Below are positions 24,979 through 36,545 of a DNA stretch of 64,000 bases, piece after piece (position 1 is the stretch's first letter; each line of letters opens with the position of its first letter). The notes beneath the pieces were generated by a model. It saw only the letters and a list, made by a program, of their open reading frames with translations. It searched no databases and was not told where the DNA came from. The stretch is from NCBI GenBank assembly GCA_964252035.1, contig OZ176210.1. One strand, 5' to 3'. The stretch is from Podarcis erhardii. Its lineage: Eukaryota. A program made the translations under genes and the position numbers.

Positions 24979-27619
24979 AAGGATGGGCCAGTATGTATCG
25001 TGTGAAAGACATGTTATACTGTGGATATTTCTGTCTGTGTTTGACTCAAACTTAAGAAACAGAATATATTATTTCAGTGATTTGATCATTCAGTTGCTGT
25101 ACTTAAACAAAGGCATGTAGAATTAGGTGATACAAGGGAGTGGTTCATCACTAGCACCAAGCTCCATCTTCAGTATAGGCATAGCAGCAAAACATTGGAA
25201 TTTTGTTTTAGATCTTTCCAACCTCTTATAGTTCCACTGCTAAAACATGATTCTGTGCCTCTGTTCTGTGGAAGTTGGCTAGTTTTAAGGCATTTTAATG
25301 AATGTTTTAATTGTAATGGCATAGACATCTCATGGTTCCACTACAGATCCAGAGACTCATAGGACTGGGATGTTGAAAACAAGAGAATTCTAGTCCCCCA
25401 AAGTCATGAAAATATTCAGTGAAAGGACCCTATAGTCATCTTACCTTCAAATCTCATGGTCCTTAAACAGGTTGTGGTATTTGAGGAAGTATTTTAACCT
25501 TTTCTCATCTTGTGAGATAAAGAATTAGAAAATTATTTTGGGATAAATGCATCACTTCCCCCACCTTGGTAGCTAGTACAATCATGCCAATAACTATTAA
25601 ATACAGATTGCCAACATATTTTTTTTTTTTTTTTGGCACACCTACCAACTTGTTGGCAGCAGAGAGATTCTTGATAAGGAGAACAATACAAAATGAATGA
25701 ACATTATTCATTGGGTAATATGGCAAGAGAGTGAAAAAATGGTTATAGTTTATTCAGATAAATTTACATTGATAATCCTAAAGCAGGGTGTTATTGAATG
25801 AGAGAATCTGGAACTTGCCTTTCTATAAAGTTGGCACAAACCACCTTAGGCCAACTGCATTCTGATGTGAAATAATTCTCTAGCCCTCCAGTGGGAGTTT
25901 GTTTGTTTAATAAGATGTAGATTTTTTTCATCAGGTGTTGTCATTATTTATTTTTTTAAAAAAACTAGTACTTCTGACAGAAAATTAAGAAATAACAGTA
26001 AAAATTATGCTGAATCTTGTATCCAATGTTAAGCGAATCTTATTTTTCTTAAGAAATAAGGATAACCCGGTCTCATTAGTGAAGTTAAATCTAAGTTGCA
26101 TTTGACAGGCTGCCTGGGAAACAGTTTATTATTATTTTTTTGCTATCTGTGGGTTTTAATTAAGATGTGTTCAATTATAGTCTCCTCACATACTCACTCC
26201 CCCTGCTTGCTGTGTCACAGACTGGTGATCAGGGTGCTTTCAGATGGTCCGGCCCATGACTTTGACCTTCTGCGCGGTCCAGCGTTCCCTGGGGAACCGT
26301 TCAGCTCATGAGGTCTGATTTCACACTTCCAGGATGCCTCGGCTCTCTTAACAATGACAGGGAGACAAAGCCCTTTAGAACGGGCCGCACGGGGACTTGT
26401 TTAAATTGGAAACTAGAGAGGAGTCAAGGAACAAGGTTATGGACTATAGAATAGTGTTTTTAATAAAGAGCTCACAGCTCTGGTTCAGCTCAAAGAAGGT
26501 TACCTCTGTACAATTAATTGAGCCATTTATCTTGGCTTCTAATTTTTCACAGAATGGTATGATAAATATTAGCTAAAAGGCAAACGAGATATGATGTCAT
26601 GCATTTCAACATTAATGTAGGCTTTTTAAAAAGCAATCAAAGATATATTTGCTTGCATTTCCCCCCATTTTCTTAATTGCACAAGGTTTGGGATTTTCCT
26701 GGATAAAAGATGGAATTTGCTTGACGGCTTACTGTTCTTGGATTTATTATCCTTGATGTTTCAATGCTTCGTGTTAGAGGCCAAAGGGAATGTAGCATGA
26801 AAGATGCAGTCATCCTGAATGCAAGTAAAATTCCCGGAAAACTGAATGTTCTTACTGCTTAGTATCATACTTTTGACTTTCATTTACGCTATTGTTGATG
26901 ACTCCTGCATAACAGTAGTGTAATTTGGCTCAAACAAAAAACAGCAGCCCAGTATTAATTTCAGTTACAAGGGTAGTGTGCTGTTCTAGCTGGGTGGGAG
27001 AGCCAGCAGGCATCAGACAAAACACCAGAAGTGGCAGGTGAGAAGGTTTTGGATGGAGATTTGGCAGTTAGCAGTGAACAAGTTTGTAGCTACCAAGGTT
27101 GTGAGCTAATTCTGCAGAAATGCAGTAGCTCCTTGACTAGTGCAAACATTGCTCAAACAAAAGCCATAGTTTATTTGAGTCTGGTGTAGACTTGATGACT
27201 CCTGAAATCCTGCACCTTGTCTAAGAATGAGGAAATTTAAAAGGCAACTCATTCAGTCACTATTGAATGATTTCATACTGCATTGCACATCATCTCAACT
27301 GGAAGGGGTCTACAAAGAGTGAGTATTATTGTGTTTGAGTGTGGGGTTCTGAAGGGAGTTATGAGTTTTCACTAGAAAAATCTTAACAGTCCTCTTTCTG
27401 GAGAGGACTCTGGCAATACATGGACTTTGATGTTCCAGGAGTGTTCCTGACTGTGTTTCAGACAGATAGATTTTTTTAAACTGGTAAGCAATGCTTCAGT
27501 AAAAGTTTTCAGGTTGGTTCACATTTAAAAGATACAAAATAATAATCAATAAAAGAACAAAACTAAAAAACAACTGCATAAAATATCTCATAGGTTACAC
27601 GTTTTGGGGAAATGAAAAG

Positions 27620-27800
27620 GTTTTTTAACTAATGCCAAAATGAAATTGACATAGATACCAGGCAAGCCTTCCTGGAGAGATAATTCCATAAGCAGGGGGC
27701 AATGACTGAGAAGGCCCTGTCTCCAGAAAGTGGCTTCCAAAATTTTTTGAAGAGGCCTCCACAGCAGGCTCCTCTGGCTTTTAATATCTGTCGGAAAGCA
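27620..27800 (-). mobile_element. L2 LINE ORF2 C-terminal fragment
   Basis: Minus-strand translation GDRAFSVIAPCLWNYL matches the L2 C-terminal motif RAFSxxAPxLWNxLP. Confidence 0.75.
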
Positions 27801-29674
27801 GAGTCACAACACCTGGGCATTTATGTTACTAAGAACAGTTCATTTTCCTAGTTTTTATCTTATGCTGCCCTTTGCTTTGCCTTCTTTTTCAGTATGAAGA
27901 ACACTTGGGATATTAAGATGGCTGAGATATGATCAAGTTGTTGAAAGCAATCAACACTTTGTGGTTAATATCTGAAAATGTAAAGCTAACAAGATGCATA
28001 CTTGTTTTAAACACTGTTGTTGACTACATATGTTGAATGGAAAACTCCTAGCCTGTTTGTGTTAGGAACTCCCCAAATGTATTATTAGAAGCTCCCATTA
28101 TCTGTAAATGCTTTCTTTAAGATCTGAAATGGAGCAGTAGATTTTTTGCATATATTCACACAAGTAGGGCAACCCATCCCTTAGGGTGTCTTCCATACCT
28201 GTCTGCTAGCCCTCTTGCAGTTTTGAAGAATGCAGAAAAAGTAGGTCAGCTAGATATTACCAAGGCACAGAACCTGTGATTCACTTAGAAATACCTACGC
28301 TCATGCCTCAATCCCCTGGAATCAATGAAATCAGTTGGCAGATCTCCTGTTACTTGAACTCTTCTTTTGTCCAGTGTAATCCTTTGCTTCCTCAGGGTGG
28401 ATTTCTTTTCCTTCGCCCTGATCTATCATTTGTTGCTTTGAGCTGCATATCTGAATTCCGCCATCTTCAAAAAGAGTTGCATATGAAAAAGTGGAAATGT
28501 CTGCCTATGTATATAAATATAAGTGGAAAGCATTGTAAGTGTAGAATGAGATTTATTTTTTTAAGGTGGTGTGGCAGCATTAAGCTTTTTTTTTTAAAAA
28601 AAGGGGGGGGGCTTATTGGCAAGGAAAACCTTGGTACTAGAGTGGCAGTTATGTGGCACAATTCTTTTATGTTTATAAGTTACAATTAAACAAGAAAGGA
28701 CAACCTGTTGCCTCAATCACTTCAGTGCGTCCTATTTAGTGACCCCTGTGATGACCAAGATAGCGAGGTCAAGAGCTTCATGTGCACTTTTGTTTCTTCA
28801 GCAGTGGCTCAGATATTCCACAATCCAGTCAACGCCACAAAATTATGTTCCTAATGCCTACATTTCCCTCATGCATCTTGTTTGTCTTGGATGCTTAGTC
28901 AATCACATTTCCTCAATTCTGCAAATGCCTTTCGTTCTCTTTCTGCTACTTATGGCAAGTCTCCACATCAACAGTTAACTTTTATCTTCGTGCAGCACTC
29001 ATGTCTGTGAACCTCAGTCCTCTAGTTCTTTGCTTCTAAAAGCTCCAGGTAGTTGCATTCTCCCATTGCCTGTGATGGTTATCGTGCTGGGTTGGGTAAC
29101 AGTGCCACTTTGTGGTTGAAGCCAGGAATAAAACTTGAGGGAAGCAGGCATCCCGTTAGCTTCCTGCTTTCATTTTTATTGAAGCTTTTTCATAAAACTA
29201 CACAGTAAAAAACTAACCAATTTTTTAAAAAATAGATAAGTAAATTGAAGGGTAAAACTTAACCCTTGTCTCACACAGAAAGGGGGAGGGTCCTCCCAGC
29301 CCTCACCTGTGAACTTCCCTTTCTTCTCCCAGCCTCCCATATGGGCATCTTCCCTTCCTACCTCTCACACAGGAAGAGGCCACTCATTGGCCAATTTGAA
29401 ATGCAGCTGCTAGCGGGAACTGGAGCCAATTAACAGGCGGCTTCGAGGAATTCCCCCAGTTGCTGCCTGGCCATGTGCGTTCCATTCTAGCTGCCCAGGG
29501 ATAGACACTGAGCACCCACTGCCAGATCCAAAGGTATATCCTTCCTCTGTCCTCCTTTTGTCTGTTGGGGTCCCTCAGTGCTTGTGTTTGACCCTCTTCT
29601 AAAGAAGACCAGTGGACATTGCCTGTTGCTTTAAGTACCACACAATAATCTGATGACACCCAGCAATTCGTGTA

Positions 29675-30104
29675 CGGTGGTACCTCGGGTTACGAACTTA
29701 ATTCGTTCTGGAATCATAGAATCATAGAATCATAGAGTTGGAAGAGACCACAAGGGCCATCGAGTCCAACCCCCTGCCAAGCAGGAAACACCATCAGAGC
29801 ACTCCTGACATATGGTTGTCAAGCCTCTGCTTAAAGACCTCCAAAATAGAATCATAGAATCATAGAGTTGGAAGAGACCACAAGGGCCATCGAGTCCATG
29901 GAGATCCGTTCGTAACCCGAAACCGTTCTTAACCTGAGGCGCGCTTTCGCTAATGGGGCCTTCGCTGCCACCGCACCGCCGCCACATGATTTTCATTCTC
30001 ATCCTGGGGCAAAGTTCTCAACCCGAGTTACTACTTTCGGGTTAGCGGAGTTTGTAACCCAAAGTGTTTGTAATCCGAAGCGTTTGAAACCCGAGGTACC
30101 ACTG
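29675..30104. mobile_element. Tc1/mariner-type MITE (TA TSD) interrupted by a CR1 insertion
   Basis: TIRs cggtggtacctcgggtt / aacccgaggtaccactg with TA at 29673-29674 and 30105-30106. Confidence 0.9.
29713..29898 (-). mobile_element. Two tandem 5'-truncated CR1 3' ends flanked by a TGGA duplication
   Basis: (CATAGAAT)n is the reverse complement of the CR1 (ATTCTATG)n tail. 29716-29768 is identical to 29846-29898. TGGA occurs at 29709-29712 and 29899-29902. Confidence 0.88.
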
Positions 30105-30519
30105 TATTCCAGAACTTTATTCCTGCATCCAATCGCACATCTACAGCTGCCTGTCTCGTATTGTCACTTGGATGCTTCTGTCATTTTAACTGTAATACTT
30201 CAAAGACAGAACATCTTATCTTCCTTCCCAAGACCTCCTCTCCTTATACATTCTCCATCCACTCAATTTAACAGGTACAGAGCCTCAGTTTTCTTCTTCC
30301 TCTCCCTTTTTTACTTCCCATATGCAATTTGTGGCCAGCCTATATTTCTTCTTCCCTTTGCATATAGCGCTGCAAAATTATGCTTCTTTTAGTGAAAATT
30401 GGATAATGCTCTGGTCCTTTCTCACTTGCCCTATTTCACTTGCTACTTTATGCAGATTATATTACTGCAATGCATTATATGTGGGGCTACCTTTGAAGGC
30501 AAATTCAGATGAGACAGAC

Positions 30520-30595
30520 TCCTAGTCTTCTAGAGCTGCTGCCAATCACTGGATAGACCAATGGCCTTGACTTGGTATAAGACAGCATCCTAAAT
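30520..30595 (+). mobile_element. SINE 3' fragment (Squam3-like tail)
   Basis: gctgctgccaatc..gaccaatggccttgacttggtataagacagcatcct resembles the squamate SINE tail from memory. Confidence 0.5.
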
Positions 30596-30630
30596 TAGGA
30601 AACTACAGTTTGGAATGCACTCAGATGCAA

Positions 30631-30960
30631 TGTTGTTGTTGGCATCCATCTGTCTCAAGAGACAATGGAGCGCCCCTCCAGAGGTGAAGTCAAATCACTG
30701 GAGAATCACAATGCTTGCTGTGGCCAAAGAGACCAGAAACTTGTAACTGCTGCTTCCAATGTTCTTTCTGCTCTATTAGCAGCACCAAAGTGACCTCTCC
30801 GGGACACAAGCCTGTGTAGTATATATGAAGGTCCTGGGCTACCTAGATGACAAAAACCCACTATTGGCCTCGCTGATATGGTGCACAGAAAAGCAAAGCA
30901 ATACATTTGGCACCAGCTTTGGCACCAGCTTGGCTGCAGGAGTTGCCGGAATGACGTCTT
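30631..30960 (+). mobile_element. Interspersed repeat, probably the 5' region of a non-LTR (RTE/Vingi-like) element
   Basis: Starts (gtt)n-ggcatcc..tgtctcaagagaca and is GC-richer than its flanks. Family assignment is from memory only. Confidence 0.4.
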
Positions 30961-30984
30961 GTCCATTCCTATGCCCATTTTATG

Positions 30985-31130
30985 GTGCCTAGTGTTGATC
31001 TTTTAAAGCTCTTCATGACGTGATACCAGGGTACATGAAGGATCACTTCTTTCCGTATGTCCGTATGTCGCACACTAAGCACTTCATCAGAGTCTCTTCT
31101 CTGGGTTGAGGTTCAACATGAGGTTCAAGG
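30985..31130 (+). mobile_element. L2 LINE ORF2 C-terminal fragment
   Basis: Translation across one frameshift gives VLI/FKALHDVIPGYMKDHFFPY, similar to the L2 motif FKALxGLxPxYL. Confidence 0.65.
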
Positions 31131-32296
31131 AACGATCCTGTTCATTAGTCTCACATAGAAGGTACATACATGTTGCAGTCACAACAAAGAAGTAAAGTTT
31201 CCAAATACGGTAAAAGATCGTACTTTAGGACAATTTGACGTTGAACCAACCAAAATGGTGGCCAATCTGAACTTACTGTTAAATGGCATCCAGGAATAGT
31301 AAACATAGCACTATCTAATTTAGCAGATATAAGTGGACAATTGCCTATAAAGTCCAGTACAGTCACATTTGACTTGAAAAGAGGAAACTTTTCCCCAAAT
31401 GAGAGGATGCTTTGAAAGTTCTTTTAAATGCAGATAGAGAGCTTGAAGGAGCTCCCCATGAAGGGAGCTCCATAGCTGCAAAGCAACCACCAAAAAGGCC
31501 TTGTCTGATCTTTGTCGGCCAGACCTGAGAATTCACAAAGCTTTGAACAGCACTGGAGCAGTGTGTATCTTTATAGATAATTAGGTGAACATCAACTTTT
31601 TAAACAGATGTGAATAATTTTTCTGAAGATCAAATCCTAGAGTGTCAAGATTAAGGGTTTTGAGGTCTTTTGCTATACATATGTCCTAGGTTTAGCTAAT
31701 GTTTGTGGGATCATTTTTAAAATAACTATATATTTATATCCATTTTTTCAGAAAATATACTTCTTATTTATAAAATATATATACCACCCTTCATCCAGGG
31801 TGGTTCAGAATATAAAAAGACAATATAAAAAACCCAAAATACATAATAAAAATAGGAGAAAAGCAAACCAGTCATCCCACCCACCCACATAATGAGAGAC
31901 ATGGAAGTGATTTTGTGCAAATCTAATATTGTTTTAAGGCTTGTAATAAATACTCATAATCATTTTCACGTGGTGGAAGACCTTAGACATTAAGCTCCTG
32001 CATTATTGATATGCCTATTGTGCACCCCTGATTTGATCATGCCTATATTTTGCATGTTAAAATTATTAACTTGTAATATTAATTCTCTTGTCTATGTACC
32101 ATTAGGAAGCTAAATTGATGTGATTATATATTTGGAACGCATGAATTTGTGTGTTGCCAGATTAAATCAACACAGTGAAGAGTATTTTCGTAACGGTAAC
32201 GCTATTATTATATGTTAAAATTATTTGTGACCTTAACATTAGCTGCTGAGAGTTACCGGTCATTATAAAACAGATTTGAAGGTTGTGGAAAAGGGA

Positions 32297-32420
32297 GAGG
32301 GCCTTTTTGGTTTTGGCCCCCTGGTTATGGAATACTTTCCTCAGCGAGGCCTGCTTGGTACTATCATGACCATATTTTTGATGCCAGGTTAAGATATTTC
32401 GTTTCTCCCAGGCGCATGTT
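32297..32420 (+). mobile_element. L2 LINE ORF2 end fragment
   Basis: RAFLVLAPWLWNTFLSEACL..CQVKIFRFSQA, with two stops. Confidence 0.7.
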
Positions 32421-32494
32421 GGTTTGTGATATAGTGATTATACTGTTGTTTGATTGGTCATCATAAATTGGTTGGTGTGGTTGATGCTCTTAAT

Positions 32495-32649
32495 CATGGG
32501 TAGGCAAACTAAGGCCCGGGGGCCAGATACATGAGTAGAATGTTTGCTTTTATTTAAAATGCATCTCTGGGTTATTTGTGGGGCATAGGAATTCATTCAC
32601 CCCCCCCCCCCAAAAAAAATAGTTTAGCCCCCACAAGGTCTGAGGGACA
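32495..32649 (+). mobile_element. Internally deleted hAT-type element (left end only)
   Basis: catgggtaggcaaactaaggcccgggggccaga shares the taggcaaact terminus with the hAT MITE at 36409. Confidence 0.6.
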
Positions 32650-33291
32650 TTCAACTGCAATTGTAATGCTGCATATCTAAAACAATTATTATTTGCCATT
32701 AAAATTCATCATGTGCACATTAACCTGTGATGGCGTTTGAATCAATATTGCCGTTTGGAAGATGTGATTCCTGGACAGCTTTGCTAAATATTGATTTAAT
32801 TGTCATTTGTTTAAGGTATGAAACAAATTGCATGCCTTACTGATATTGTTAATCTGGTCCCTTTGAACTGCTGAATCTATGGGTTCATGTAATACATGGC
32901 ATTACATTACAAAAATATTGAAATTATTGTGGAATACAATTGTCTTGTGCATTAGATTTGCTGGATTGCTGCAAGATCCATCAGGGTTTTTCCCCCAACC
33001 ATTTTACCATCAATATTAGATCAGGAGCATAGTCTTACCACTTCTCCCACCCCCCTTTCAATTTATGCCAACATGTTTAATGTGGTAAAATTGAGCTTGT
33101 GACTATTGGCTGTTTGGCAGTGTATTGTGAATGGGAAGAGTTTTCTTGATGGAAATTCACTGTGTTGTCTGAAATATGAATTCACATGGAAATTGGCATT
33201 AATACATTGTTATATTACGTTGGATAATTATAACACTTAACTTGGCAACATAGAGTTCAATAAGATTTACTCTCTAGTAAGTATTAATTTA

Positions 33292-33770
33292 CCGCATTTT
33301 TTGCCCCATAGGACGCACCGCCCTATAGGACTCACCTAGTTTTTTTTGGGGGGGGGAAGAAAGAAAGAAAAAATATTTCTCCCCTAGGCACGGGGCTGGC
33401 GCGGGGGAAGCCCGAGCTTCCCCCGACCCCAGCCCCCAGAACAGCCTGCTATCCGCAAGCCTAGGGAGCCGCGCTGGTCTCCCCAGGCTTGCGGACAGCT
33501 GTGCGAAGCCCGGGCACACTCTTCAGCGCGCCCGAGGCTTCGGAATGCAGGCAGCTCTCCGCAACCCTCTGGAGCCCGGCGCGGCTTGGCGCCGGGCTCC
33601 GGAGGGTCTCGCAGAGCTGCGCGGAGCCCGGGAGGGCAGGCAGCTCTGCGCGACCTTCCGGAGGCCGGCTTGGCTTCAGCGAAAGCCTGTATTCGCCCCA
33701 TAGGACGCACCCACATTTCCCCTTCATTTTTGGAGGGGGAAAAGTGTGTCCTATAGGGCGAAAAATATGG
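33292..33770. mobile_element. CpG-rich pogo/Tigger-like MITE with TA TSD
   Basis: TIRs ccgcattttttgccccataggacgcac / gtgtgtcctatagggcgaaaaatatgg; TA at 33290-33291 and 33771-33772; sub-terminal direct repeat gccccataggacgcacc. Confidence 0.9.
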
Positions 33771-34193
33771 TAAATATTTGTAGAATTGAAGTCTAAATTA
33801 AATTAAAGGCAACATGAATGGTGAAATTAGTTATTTTCAAAGGGAAATTAAATTGGTAGACTTATTAATATTTTATTTTTTCCCCTAGCACAACCATATT
33901 TCATTACTCCAAAATTAAGCCTAAACCTTGCTCTCTGCATTGTGCAGTACGGATTTGTTATCAAAACTAGGCCCTGTTTCCTTAGTTTTCTAGCTGTCCA
34001 AATAATTTTTGATCTGTTGATCAGCATTTGACACTCTAAAACTTATGTATGTCTTGTTCCACTGCAGAATTAGTGAGTAAACATGCAGGTTGCTTTCATT
34101 GTTACAGTGTGAATTCAAGTTGCCGTACATAGAATGTGAAGATAATTTTAAGTTGCAAAGTATTCATAATATTGTTACATGGTCTTTTCCCAG

Positions 34194-34296
34194 GTAAAAG
34201 TGATCCATTTTGTGTAGTTGAGTTGAACAATGATAGACTGCTGACCCATACAGTGTACAAGAATCTTAATCCTGAATGGAACAAGAGCTTCACATT
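34194..34296 (+). CDS. MCTP1: MCTP1 coding exon (G)[33 protein letters not shown](F) (C2C), 103 nt, phase 1/2
   Basis: Acceptor ggtcttttcccag, donor GTAAGT at 34297; SDPF and KNLNPEWN C2 motifs. Confidence 0.97.
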
Positions 34297-36408
34297 GTAA
34301 GTCTTAATGTTTCGCTTTTGAATTTTACTTGTATACCTGGCTAATCATTTCAAAGCTATCAAGATAAAGCTAAATTGCTTTGATTTCTTAAGTGGAACAA
34401 GAGATTTCATTGGAACAAACCGAAGTATAAAGTAGATAATTTCTCTCTTTGATTTTGCCTTCTGAGTGATGATACTCCAAATGTCAATATACTTTGAAGG
34501 TACTATAGTATACTGCTGTGCAGCTACTAGGCTGAAACTTTTTAATGTTCATTCCAATAATTTTTAGAATTTATTGGGCAGTTTTACCCATATTCCTGAC
34601 CACCCATACTGCTGCTTGATGCTGAGGAAGATGTCCAATATAATCCCATGCATGTTATTTCAACTTTAAATGTGAGTAAGCTAACTCACCAATATTGGAC
34701 TCAGAATAATGCTGGTTTTCTTTCACAATGATCCTCTCTTGCATTTAGAACTGTAGGGCAGAGTCTGATAATACTGAACATTTGTTGACCCTCATACTGT
34801 ATAGTGTCTTGAATGCTAGACCTGTTGGCTCCTTCATTATATTGAGATTATTCCTCTGAATTAATTTTAGAGGGGAGGGGAGGAACCATAGAGATAAACA
34901 AAAAGTTAGAGTGGTTAAAGTGACAGTGAAGTATGGAAATATTATTGGAACTTTTATATATTGTTTTCCTTGGTGCATTTATCCTGGAGGTGTGAATTTG
35001 GTTTATTAACTTTAAAAGGTGAGCAGGATGAAATTCTCATTTTCTCTACTAAACCAGTGGTTTGTGGGGGGGGGGGGGAATGAAGGCCTGTCGTGATTAT
35101 AGGTGAAAGCCATTGCTCAGTAGTACAGCACGTGAAACCCTGCCTGGTGACAGAGGGTTGGGCTACACAGTCTGTTGAACAGCAGATTGTTGGCACACAA
35201 CCCTTAAGCTCTGTTAGTATGATTATTCACATAATGAATGGGAGCTGGATATAGGAAAGAATATTAAGAGGCTTATTCTTCTGGAAGATCTTATTTTCCC
35301 CCTCTTATTAATTATGCTCATTCCTTTGCTTTTTGTAATGTTCTGATCTCCGAAGTCTGTTGGATTGAAGATGATATTTTAGATTAAAAGCCCTAATCAA
35401 AGGGGTTTTCTCTAGCATCGGGGCGCTGTGCTAGATGAGTTGCATTACAACTTTAGAATTCTGTGAAACTTCTATTTATGAAACACTCTTTGTGATGGAA
35501 AATTACTTCAGTACTTAATAGTTTCTCAGTGGCAATATTTTGAAACATTTAAAAATTAAAGAATCAAGCATCTTCTTTTTCTATGGCTGCTCCAATTGCA
35601 GTACAACACAAAGAGAAAGTAAATCTGTTTCAGGTTTGTTTGTTTTTGCTGCTTCACTATCCACTAAATGTTCCCAGCTGGAAGCTTCAGTCTTATGTGT
35701 GTTCAGGCAGTCGCCTTATACATTTTTGGTTTTATAAGAACCAAGTTAATACTTACTATGTAGCCTGTAAGATCTGTTTAGCCCCCTTCCCCCCCTTTCT
35801 TTGTGAGATTGAAGAAACACAACAATAAGCTATCAATTTAATTGTTATCATTATTGTTATTTGTTTGTTTGCTTATTATCTGCCCTTCACCTTAAGGTCC
35901 CAGGGCGGGGTATAACATTAAAACAGAATATTAAAACTGTCTAAAACACCTTACAATCAAAAAATAAGGTGAGTAAAAAATATACACCTCAAGTATTCAA
36001 TTCCAGGGTGAAGAGGTGTGTATTAAGGGGTGCATCCCCATTCAGTATTCTGTGTATTTGCAAAATATGCTGCATTCATTGTGAATTTTGTTTATATGCA
36101 AAAGTTCCAACAATCAACCCCCATTATTTCATTATACAACATCTCAGTTAACTATTGCAGATTATTTTGAATGCAGTATATCATGAGTCACACATCTTTA
36201 ATCTTTTATTTTTGCCCCACTCCTTACTTGTATATATTTTTCAAAGCTGATTATGCCACATTCCTCTACGTATTACCTGGATATGAAGTGCTAATTATTT
36301 TTCCAAAGTAAATATCAGTAGCACCTAAATATTTATAAAAGTACACATGGAGCTTGTTTAGACATAAGGGCCAAGCTATAGTTTAGCATGAACATGCAGG
36401 CTCTTGGG

Positions 36409-36545
36409 CAGGCATAGGCAAACTCAGCCCTCCAGATGTTTTTGGAACTACAACTCCCATCATCCCTAGCTAACAGGACCAGTGGTCAGGGATGATGGGA
36501 GTTGTAGTCCCAAAACATCTGGATGGCCGAGTTTGCCTTTGCCTG
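36409..36545. mobile_element. Young palindromic hAT MITE (137 bp) with perfect 8-bp TSD CTCTTGGG
   Basis: ~58-bp inverted arms starting CAGGCATAGGCAAACT; TSD at 36401-36408 and 36546-36553. Confidence 0.95.

Noticed and set aside
26215-26420. GC-richer segment beginning TGTCACA, like an LTR start; similar LTR-like stretches at ~29370-29670 and ~41720-41960
   Set aside because: No matching CA end, TSD, PBS or PPT found, so they cannot be called.
33289-33773. Four overlapping 76-110 aa ORFs
   Set aside because: Caused by the stop-poor GC-rich MITE interior; no transposase motifs.
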